Source: Azolla caroliniana
Taxonomy: Eukaryota; Plantae; Polypodiophyta
Reading direction: 5' to 3'
Length of the DNA stretch: 22,131 nucleotides
Assembly: GCA_043228905.1 (NCBI GenBank)
Contig: JBHGNT010000509.1
Location: 1-22,131 of the forward strand
A program made the position numbers and the translations under genes. The number at the start of each line of letters is the position of its first letter. The stretch's first letter is position 1. The notes under the pieces were generated by a model. That model was not told the DNA's origin, searched no databases, and saw only the letters and a program-made list of their open reading frames with translations. This document shows positions 1-9,584 of this stretch, piece after piece.

Positions 1-625
1 AATTTCTATTATGTCATATTTTTTCATGTGATGCATTGCTCTAAGAAGATGTTCACTTCATGTCTATGACAAAATCGTCAAACCCTTCCTATGCTCAGTA
101 GAGAAATCACACATGTTGGGTTGGGTTATTGTTAATATTCACTATTGGTTCGCGTGGGTTTAGTTAGATATGGTATTTGCACTTCTCAATACGTTTTATA
201 ACATAGAATGGTTTGTCAATATTTCGAAGATCTTGATCGTGTGACACTATTATGCTATCGTCTTCAACCAACCAAATCTTAATGAACACTATGATCACCC
301 ATACACAATTAGGGTTCAAACATAGAATGAATGCACTTATGGAGTCTAATGTTATTCAAACATAGAACTCCACAATCTTTAATATCATGGAAATATTTGG
401 CTATAAAATATCGGGTCAACTTTCTTGGGAATTTTGCTATATTTTTCGTAGTGTCACCGACAGGGTCTTGTTTGGTGATTTAAAGGAAATGTTCGGAGGG
501 CAATTCTGTAATTTCACAAAAATGATGTATGTTCGAAAGGAAAGAAAGAAGACGAAGACGACGACGACGAGGAAGAGGAGGAAGAAGAAAGACGAAGAAA
601 TAATGAAAAAACTGAATCCTTTAGT

Positions 626-661
626 GAAGAAGAAGAAGCCTTTTTCTGCTTCTTCTTCTTC
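626..661 (+). other. Perfect 14-bp inverted repeat upstream of the BAH gene ATG (putative 5' UTR hairpin)
   Basis: GAAGAAGAAGAAGC (626-639), an 8-nt loop, then GCTTCTTCTTCTTC (648-661). Confidence 0.6.
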
Positions 662-799
662 TTCTGCAGCATCTCCAAGCTTCCATCGGAGCATGCGACC
701 TTTGCTAGGAATTCTGAAGAAATCCAACGTATAGCGTGTGTATGTGCATTTATATACTAAAGCAGGTTGTTTTTGAAGCCTACTGTGCAGTAAAGATCG

Positions 800-3700
800 A
801 TGGGAAAGAGAAAACTCGCGCAGCTTCTGGACTCGGAGGATGAGAATGACGAAGGACCCGTGTTATCTAAAGAGGACCAAGTTGGAGCGGAGGAAGAAGT
901 GGGAGAAGAAGAAAAAGATGCAAAAGAAGGAGAAGAAGCCATGGTAGCTGTCAATGTTGCTGTTGGATCAGCAGGTGTTAATGAAGGAGAAAAGGAAAAA
1001 GAAAAAGAAGAAGTAGAAAAGGAAGAAGGTAATGTTGGTGATGGTGAAGAAGAAGAAGAAGAAGAAGATGAAGAAGAAGAACCTGCGGGTGAACCCAAGC
1101 CTTTAGGTGATGTTATCAAACGCAGCGGAAGAGGGAAACTGGAGAAACTATACTATCAAGCGTTTGAACTGGATGGAAATCGCTATGAACTTGTGAGACA
1201 TTTTATCGCCTATATTGTCATGCTCTTTGGAACAAATTTCTTTCAAGTAAATTGTGGTATGGTCTGGTTTTCAAGTCCTTCAGTTATTATTTCCATGAAA
1301 TTCTTGTTAATACATAAAGATGATTTGTTTTTCACACTCTTCAACAATACACTAACTGTGGTTAAGACCATTCAGATTAACTGTTTTTTTTTAACTCTTC
1401 AACTAAACATTGTTTGGTTTGGTTTTTTATGTCTCTTAAAGTTGAAATATCCTTTATTTCCTATTTCTAATGCTGTTATATGTTCACACAATAAAAATCA
1501 GTCAAAGATTAACCTTTTATACAGTTTTTAGGTGAATTGTGAATAAAACTCAAGCATTCATGCTTGACTTTTCAATGGCTACTAAATGAAATTCCGGTTA
1601 AAGCTAAAGTTTTAATGCTTCAAATTTGCAACAAATTACTGTCTTTTTCTCCATTCAAGCCTGCTTAACCTCTGTCTCTATTCTAGATTACCCTGTCTTT
1701 ATGCAGGATGAAAGATTTGTAGCATGTTTATTGTGTTTTTCTGTGAAGTTTTATTTAAATCGTAATTTTTCATGCTCTTGAGCAATGTTTTTTCAAGTAA
1801 ATGTTGTAATCTGGTTTTTGAGGCTCACAAAACTTGCTTAGTGCTCATTCAAGTTTATTTCACCTTCATTTCTATTCGTATATTTCTGGCCTTCTGCTGC
1901 TTGAAAGTTCATGAGATGCAAAACGACCAGTTTCTAATCTGACTTTTCCACCTTAATAATTTAAAGCTTCACGCGATTTGAGCAGTATCCTTTCAAGTAA
2001 ATCTAGTCTGGTCTGGATTTAAGCCTTCAAAGTTGCTTCCTTTTTTTAAATTACAGTATTTATTTTGCATTCAAGTGTCTTAATATCTATTCCTACTCCA
2101 GATTACCTCATATTTATGCTTCTTCAAAGCTATGAATATGCAATTTATTACGAAAAGCCAGTCTGTAAAGTAGTTCTACTGCTACTTGTTGAACTTTTAA
2201 GTAAATCTTAACTTTTCTTGCTCTTGAACTATGTCTTCTTCAAGGAAAGGCTTTCTATGCTAGTCTAAAGCTCGAACTTGTTACAGTTTTTGAATAAAAA
2301 GTCTTCGTTTTGATTTGTACAGTTATTCCATGAATTTTTAGCTGAAACTTTAATCGGTAATGCAATTGAATACTGTTATTTCAAGTAACTGTTGTCCAGT
2401 CTGGTTTTTAAATCTTCAAAGCTGGCCATCACTATTCCAGATTATCTTTTCTTGATTTGTTCTCTGCTCAAAACCTCCTGAGATTATAAGCCAGTATCTA
2501 CCATGATTCCACAGTTCTTCAATTAACTTTTATAAAATGTCTTGGGCTTGAAGAATTATAAGCCAATCTGGTCTCGCCAACTATAAGGCTTCAAACTTGC
2601 CAGAGTTATTGCCACACACACACACAGAGTCTCTCTCTCTCTCTCTGTCCGTTTCAAGTTCATTTATCTTCTATATTACTCCATATTACTTTGCCTGTAT
2701 GCTTCTTGGAAGGTCTATAGAGTGGGGGTTGTTTATTACTCAAATTTCATATGCCTATGGATGTTCAAGGTCTTGATTTAGGTCATTTTCTTCTGTCCAT
2801 AGTTTATTTATTAAAGTAAATCATACTTCCAAACTCTTAGTGTTTACCTAAAATCGTCACAGAGCTGAATTCTATTTTAGAGTTTGATATCTCTAGATTA
2901 CTTGCTATCTGTATAACATAGTGGCTGTATAAAAATATGGATATTCATGTTTTTGATAAACAGAATCCTCATTGGAAAATGTTGGATAGAATACATCCTT
3001 TCTTATTGTTTTAGATGGTTATTGCCTCATCTTAACCGTAAATTTGTCAGTGTTTGGAGTTCCAACTAAAGTGAAGAATATAAAATGAACTGACCTTATA
3101 TTAGGAGTCCATCTTCGAGTTATCAAATGTACTCCATTGCTCTTTCCATGATAAATGTAACAAATCAATATGTTACCCTATATGACCCACTTCACCGGAA
3201 GAACGTGCAGTAGCCACACGATTTATCCAACTTTAAAATGAGAGTGTTTGAAATGATAGTTGTCAAATGAGTTTACAATCTACCTCTTGATGAAGACATT
3301 TATCTGAGACAAAAATTTAAGTGAGACATATGTCAATTCTCACTCCAGAATGTGCTCAACCAAGTCTAGCCAGCTTATGGATAATGATCATAGGGAGGGA
3401 TGCGTATGTATGAACTTGAAACTTGTGTTTGCCGAAAGGATATTAAAAATGCCAGCATGTTTGCATTTAATCGGTAATTTATACTTTGTTAATTTCAATA
3501 TCTTTCCGTATCATGGGTTTAGTGTTGTCGTTATTGTCGTTGGTGTAAAGTTTCCATTTATAAATTAAACATTTTGCATAAAGTAATGGTGTATAACGTT
3601 ATTGATGAATTCGTTTTATACTTTGATTTAACCAATGGTTTCATTATTTCTAGGAAGATTCTGTGCTTATCACTCCTGAAGAGAAAAATCAAAAGCCTTA

Positions 3701-6700
3701 TGTCGCAATCATAAAGGTATGAGTTGTGCAAAGAATTAATTTCTTTACTTAGAACTCCTTCGTCACTTTTGTGTTTGGGGTTCTTCCCTCTGCTGTAGCT
3801 CTATGCAATCTTTATTTAAAAGTTTTCTAATGGATAATGTTAGCTGGGATGTATGCGTGATTTTGTGTTTAACCTACTTTAAGGTTAACCTGTTCTGACA
3901 TTCTTTTCTTGACACTGAGAATTATTTAATATACTCATTATTTTCTATTCTCTAAAAAATATAATCTAAGTCATATAAGATGAAATATCTGTATCTACCA
4001 ATTGCACCTTTTGTAAATATTTTTAAGAAGCTGTTTTCTGCAAAATAAATTATTGATTAGGCTCTTTGCTTATGGAAGGGTTAATTTCAAAATGGTGGGC
4101 TGGAAGCTAAACTGCTAACGTTCAAACTAATTGTTGGGCATTCAAACTTATTATATTTGGCATGTGGATTAGATTTATTCTGGAACATGATTGCATGGGT
4201 TTCTTGGGTATACTTAGTTGAAAAGTTCGTTTAGTGTCTTTAGTACTAGGCTTTTGTAGTGCCATTTATCTGATAGAAACAAATATAACATGATGTTTGT
4301 CTGTCATTAACTTATGTGTAATCACAATTATCAAGATTGTATTGCTATTGGGATGCACTTCATATCAAATCTATATATGCATTGTCCTTATTTATTTCCT
4401 AATTATTATTTTCGTTACCTTTTAGAAGTTTTGACTTTGGTTTAGACAGATCATTCTTTCTTGCATAATGCATTTTTGCTGTCCGAATTTCATGATGAAA
4501 CCTGATATGCTGAATATTTATTGAGGATATTATTTGATTTGTAGCTTGATACAAGCTGAATATTTATTGAATACATTATATTTATAGATCTCTTTTGATT
4601 CGCATATTGGGTATCAATGAGATAATACTGGGTTGTGATCCTTTAACATTCCAGGGTGAAAAGCTGCAAACACCTTGTGGATCATGATCCCTCCCGTATT
4701 TATGAAGTTTTTTCTTTGTTGCATTCATAAATACTTCACATCTACTGAAATGCAGATGTAACATTGCTCATTTAACATAAAATTGACATGGATGTTGAAA
4801 ACATGCATCATGAATTATATATTTACATTCAAAATGCCGGTTTATCGTTAATTCCTATTTTTATATTCTGCGATGGAAAACTAATAATGTGAGCAATAAA
4901 GCTATATATGGTTATTTATCATTTGGTGTTATTTTTATTTTTATCATTTCGCGTTTCAGGAAATTAAACAATCAAAAGACGGGAGTATTGCAATCACAGG
5001 ACAATGGTTTTACCGTCCAGAGGAGGCATTTAAAAAGGGTGGAGGTAGTTGGTGTTCTTCTGATTCACGTGAGTTGTTTTACAGCTTTCACCAAGATGAG
5101 GTAGCTGCTGAAACTGTAATGCACAAATGTGTGGTGCACTTCATACCCCCTCACAAGCAAACTCCGGTTCGGTCAAAGCATCCTGGGTTTATTGTGCGGA
5201 AAGTTTATGACACCGTTGACAAAAAGCTTTGGAAACTAACAGACAAGGATTATAAAGATAGTAAACAATTAGAGCTTGACATGCTTGTACAGAAGACTAG
5301 AGATGCCCTTGGTGAGCTTCCTGATATTGATCCTGAAGAAGTTGTAGTTGACCAAGAAGAAACTGATAAGAGCAGAAGTCAGATTCGTAGAAGAACTATA
5401 CTTCCTATTAACATCAACAAGGACGAAAATTCACCTGGGGATTTATCTGTAAAAGAATTCCCTGGAAGACCAGATACACCTGGCAGTTGTTTGGCACAAT
5501 CAGAGGAGTACAAAACTCTAGTTAACTTCAACGTTCTCACTGGTAATAAGGCACGGGATAGATGGATGGAAAAGATTTTCACAGGTGTGAAATATGTTTG
5601 CAAAGTGAACTCAGAGAATGCTGAGAAGAATGTTGTAAAAGAGGAGACACTTTCTGCAGATACATTGCACACTGTCACAGAAGAGTCCGTTGGAACTCTA
5701 ACCAATCATGGTAGCAACAATATGCCCAAGGCCTCAGAGGTGAAATTATTTATCATAACGATGTATTTGCTAGGTGATGGCATGGATTTGATCGTTATGT
5801 TTATAATACCTGTGCACAGGCTCAGTTTCATCTTAGTGGATAACACCATTTAAGATAACTAGGATAACTGTTCTGGTATAGTAGAATGGAGACATCTACT
5901 GCATATGTTAAAGTGAAGTGTTTGCTTCTGCAGATTAATGCTGATCTCGTTTGGCCTGACGATGCAGTTGCTGCAGTTACGGGGCTTGAGAAAGTAGCTT
6001 TTGATACATTAGGCTCTGATATGCACAAGTATAACTTGAAGATGCGACAGCTTGAATTCAATTTGAAGGTAGTCAATGATCTTCAAGAGTACACAAATTT
6101 GGATATTGTAAATCTTATATGCTGTATGATGTGCTCTTCTGGTGTTACAGAACAGTACAGTTCTTGCACAACGTCTTCTCAAGAAGGAATTGGATGCATC
6201 CAAAGTTCTGAATATGTCTCCAGCAGAGTTAAAGGTGTTATTATTTATTGCCCGAAGTTTAATATTCAAATACTATGGTATCTTTCTTGTTAGTTTTTGA
6301 CCATAACCATGAATTTGTTAATAACAGGATGGCCTGACAGCTGAAGAGAAGAGTGCCCAGGAGCCAGAAGAGATAGAGACTATGCAGGTGGGTTGTGACT
6401 TGCAACCTGATTATAGGATTTGTTAGCTGCTTCATATATGAGATGTTGGTATAAGGTTGCTATCTTTGTAACAGATGGCAGATGTTCGATGTGCAATATG
6501 TGGCGAAAAGAAAGTTGGAGTAACGGACATTATACATGTGGGACATGGGGATAGATATCAGGTAAAGATGTTAGGACAAGAAGCTAAGATGAGAGCATAC
6601 TGTTAGGAAACTGGAATGTATTATACTATATATTTGCTATGTATCTGACAATGACGTTCTGTCTTGTATCTTCTCAGTTGGAATGCTTGAAATGTGGAAA

Positions 6701-6929
6701 TACATGGTATTCGTCAAGGGATTCTATATCCTCGTTGACAATTCAGACTGTCCACCCCAATCTGACAGTTGGTACAGCACCGTGGGCAACATCAAAATTT
6801 GAAGAGGTTGAGCGAGAGCTGACGAGCCCTAAGGATACCAAAAGAGTAGAAGCTTTAGAAAGTGGTGTAGCAACATCAGAGCAGCATGGTGATATTGGTA
6901 AGCAGTCCATTCCGGAAAGCCAAATCTAG
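800..6929 (+). CDS. AIPP3: BAH-domain / TFIIS central-domain / C-terminal zinc-ribbon protein (AIPP3/BDT1-like H3K27me3 reader), 8 coding exons, ~617 aa
   Basis: Exons, all GT-AG and frame-consistent: 800-1192 (acidic N-terminus ...YQAFELDGNRYEL), 3654-3716 (EDSVLITPEEKNQKPYVAIIK), 4960-5739 (EIKQSKDGSIAITGQWFYRPEEA...RELFYSFHQDEVAAETVMHKCVVHF...GFIVRKVYDTVDKKLWKLTDKDY), 5934-6068 (WPDDAVAAVTGLEK...KYNLKMRQLEFNLK), 6151-6234 (NSTVLAQRLLKKELDASKVLNMSPAELK), 6328-6387, 6475-6561 (RCAICGEKKVGVTDIIHVGHGDRYQ), 6678-6929 (LECLKCGNTWYSSRD...stop TAG). PYVAII, WFYRPEE and ELFYSFH are BAH motifs; KYNxKxRQLxFNLK...LNMSPxELK is TFIIS-M. The architecture matches Arabidopsis At4g11560 as I recall it. Orthology is inferred. 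Confidence 0.9.
1219..2901. repeat. Ancient degenerate tandem repeat array in intron 1 of the BAH gene
   Basis: Motif A (catgctcttga...TTTCAAGTAAat...gtctggttt...cttca) recurs with cores at 1241, 1791, 1991, 2239 and 2379. Motif B (tAYTCYAGATTAC...tatgc) recurs at 1679, 2094, 2433, 2677 and 2892. Spacing is irregular, about 140-550 nt. Confidence 0.65.
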
Positions 6930-7268
6930 AAATCTAAGCTTTTGAGCCCATCCTTAAATATATGTAGCCAGAATGAATGGTCCAGTTTGGGATCTGGAAT
7001 GTATTTGCTAATTCTGTAAATATGTAACTTAGTGAACGATACACCAGTTCTGATAGGATAATAGTAGCATGTGTCATGTGTGTTGTAAATATCTTCCTGT
7101 TTTGGGCCTTTCGTTACACAAGGGGCATACATTTGTTTTTTGGTAGGACTTAAGGCGAACTGGTTTGTATATGTCTTTCTTCTAGAGTTTGAAATGAGCT
7201 TTTGACACCAAACTTCATTTTCAAATTTTTGTATGAGCATGAATACAATTCTTTGTTCTCTGCGTGAG

Positions 7269-7300
7269 ATTTATCAAGTAAAATATTTATCAAGTAAAAT
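7269..7300. repeat. 16-bp perfect tandem duplication
   Basis: atttatcaagtaaaat occurs twice, downstream of the BAH gene stop. Confidence 0.85.
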
Positions 7301-8315
7301 TTACTTTTAAGTGAAATCTTTTCTCAATAGAATTATGAAGGAAGTCATATCTTGTTGCTGCAAAACATTTTAAGAACCAAAAAATGTGATTTAACCTTCT
7401 GCCTGATGTGCTTGGCATGTGGAATCTTCTGTGTTTCGAAATTTTCTAGTTATCCTTGTAATTATGTATCTTAACTTCCAAGATGACGTTGCTATAAATA
7501 GGAAATGGATGTATGTATTGCTGAGAACAAGGAATTTGATAGCCATATTCAAGTAAGGGTAAATATTCTTCCCAATGATCAATTATGCAAATGATGGGAA
7601 ATAATTGGGGTTGTGTATGGGATCTATGATATGGTAAATGGTGGCCAATATCCCATCATATGGTAAAGGCTGCAACAACATTGTCGTGTTGTGCTTGTAA
7701 ATTTTAACTTTTTGACTTGTAGAAGAATATTTCAATTGGTTTCATTGTGCCCGTGAACAAAGTGCGTGTGGATAGAGCTTATAAACTTGTGGATAATGTA
7801 TTGCAATAACAAGTTTGTAAAGTTGGGACCTGGCTGTGCTGAAATATGATGGCAGGTATGGATGAGAAATATGAAAGCATGGAGGAAACACATGAAACGT
7901 AGTTTGTGGTGAAGAGGTCATTGCAACTAATAAAATGAAAATTGAGACTTTTTGAAGCAGCAAAAAAGTAGCCATGGTACATAAAGAAAGGGATCTATTA
8001 GGAGTTCATCCAACTTGAGAACATCATAGATGGAGGACAAAAGTAGTACTTGATAGTTGACTGGCAAATCTTACTTTTTAGACAATTTGCACTTGTCCAT
8101 AATCTTTCCTTGTGGTCTTTCAGAATGAGCTGGAAAACCTATTCCTAGGAAGCATCCAAATAATGTACAATATCATGAAGGCACTTGTGAACAAATAATA
8201 ATCACTAGGAAAGAGAGGTCATGTACATGTATATTGTATCTTGACATATGTTTACATAGAAGAGTTGAAAGTTGAACAATGGTACATCCGAGAAAGGGGG
8301 TGACAAGGTGAGTAT

Positions 8316-8585
8316 GCATTAGTGTATAGTGGAGTAAAGATGAAACTAATGTTGTGACATGTCTTGTAACAATGTGAAAAAAGCACCACTCAAATGTAAT
8401 GTCAAATGTTGTCTCACATTGTGCTTGGTAACACAATGGTGATGATGAGGACGCATTAGCGTATAGTGGAGTAGAGATGAGACTAATGTTGTGATATGTC
8501 TTGTAACAATGTGAAAAAAATGCTACTCAAATGTAATGACAAATGTTGTCTCACATTGTGCTTGGTAACACAATGGTGATGATGA
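8316..8585. repeat. 137-bp direct tandem duplication (2 copies), with a third partial copy at ~9036-9096
   Basis: Copy 1 at 8316-8448 and copy 2 at 8453-8585 share gcattagYgtatagtggagta...caaatgttgtctcacattgtgcttggtaacacaatggtgatgatga with only a few substitutions. 9036-9096 repeats taatgacaaatgttgt(ct)cacattgtgcttggta...ggtgatgaatgtca. Confidence 0.9.
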
Positions 8586-8618
8586 ATGTCATGTACATGC
8601 ATACATACATGCACACAC

Positions 8619-8620
<2 letters not shown>

Positions 8621-8668
<48 letters not shown>
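8621..8668. repeat. (AG)24 microsatellite
   Basis: Perfect dinucleotide run. Confidence 0.95.
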
Positions 8669-8671
<3 letters not shown>

Positions 8672-8842
8672 CTTTTGTGTTTGATGGTAGGCATGGAGTG
8701 AAAGCATACAAGTGGATTTTTTTTCCTCAATGGAGTGATCATCTTGCTTATTGGCAATGCAACATGTTCCACTACCCATGTAGTGTAGTTAGTGCGTGTC
8801 CATACTCCATTGTGACAAGTATGTGTTCTCATTGAGAGAGAG

Positions 8843-8900
8843 AGCTCAGTTGGTAAGGTTGCCCAATGGAGACCAGGAGGTTATGGGTTCAACCTCTACA
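8843..8900 (+). mobile_element. tRNA-derived SINE head or tRNA pseudogene (Pol III A and B boxes)
   Basis: AGCTCAGTTGGTA (A box, 8843-8855) and GGTTCAACC (B box, 8886-8894) lie at tRNA-like spacing. No intact acceptor or anticodon stem could be folded. Confidence 0.5.
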
Positions 8901-9275
8901 TTCCACCGTGGCATATAGTAAATTAAGAGATATATGTGGAGTAATAGAGAGGTGAGAGATTGGGTTTCGAACCCAAGATGTAGTGCTTGTATTGTAACAA
9001 ATTCCAATACATAAAAAAGAGAGAGGGAGAAGTACTAATGACAAATGTTGTCACATTGTGCTTGGTATTAGGTAACAGAAGTGGTGATGAATGTCACACA
9101 CACACACACACACATAGGAGAGAGAGAATCTACCCGATTTGTGTGTGTATGTGTGAGCCTAACTAACAAACTTTGTTGGTGTGTGCCAAGTGAAAGAAAG
9201 TCTCCAGTATGAAGCAAGTGAAAGCTAAACTTAAAAGCCATGGCTCTCGTGAGTCGTGACAGTCCGCCCTTCTTC

Positions 9276-9283
9276 TATATAAA
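9276..9283 (+). promoter_or_regulatory. Candidate TATA box of the Gly-rich gene
   Basis: cTATATAAA (plant consensus) followed ~14 nt later by a (CT)20 pyrimidine patch, ~300 nt upstream of the ATG at 9585. The (TA)n run at ~9523-9536 is an alternative TATA-like element. Confidence 0.5.
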
Positions 9284-9291
9284 AAAACATT

Positions 9292-9296
<5 letters not shown>

Positions 9297-9342
<46 letters not shown>

Positions 9343-9494
9343 ATTTTACTTTATTTTATTTTAGTTATGATGACCGGATAAATACACATTTTTGCTGTAA
9401 ACCAATTGTCTCATGGGCCAATTATGGCCTTAGAAGACGTTAATATATCTTTCTTTCTCTCTACATATACATATACTGTACATACATACATACA

Positions 9495-9562
<68 letters not shown>
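9297..9562. repeat. Compound microsatellite cluster upstream of the Gly-rich gene: (CT)20, (CATA)n, (TA)n, (GA)n
   Basis: (CT)n at 9297-9336, (CATA)n at ~9481-9524, (TA)n to ~9536, (GA)n at ~9537-9562. There is also a (CA)n run at ~9094-9113. Confidence 0.95.
9337..9460 (+). mobile_element. Retroposon (LINE/SINE) 3'-tail fragment
   Basis: ggccaattatggccttagaagacgttaatatatctttctttct (9416-9458) nearly matches 21631-21689 and 21238-21285. It is preceded by a similar T-rich tract and ends in (CTTT)n. Confidence 0.55.
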
Positions 9563-9563
<1 letters not shown>

Positions 9564-9584
9564 CAGAGAGGAAGAAGGAAGAGC

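Noticed and set aside
757-1119. Ser-rich antisense ORF (also 437-727 and 5379-5705)
   Set aside because: These mirror GAA-rich sense sequence and have no independent coding signal.
1193-1531. Hydrophobic C-terminal half of ORF 800-1531 resembling a membrane anchor
   Set aside because: It is read-through into T-rich intron 1. BAH homology continues at 3654 after the GT at 1193.
1219-2901. Conserved cores with variable spacers resembling a CRISPR array
   Set aside because: It is a eukaryotic intron with degenerate cores, irregular spacing of hundreds of nt and no cas genes.
3100-3420. Possible LINE remnant in intron 1 (EMIVVK*VYNLPLDEDIY)
   Set aside because: Similarity to the ORF2 C-terminus is too weak to call by eye.
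5774-5843. Cryptic acceptors in intron 3 of the BAH gene (ctag at 5773, cacag at 5819) that could create a poison isoform
   Set aside because: AG-containing motifs are common, the acceptor at 5933 gives the conserved frame, and no transcript evidence is available.
8843-8910. Functional tRNA gene
   Set aside because: A and B boxes are present, but acceptor and anticodon stems do not pair and there is no oligo-T terminator.
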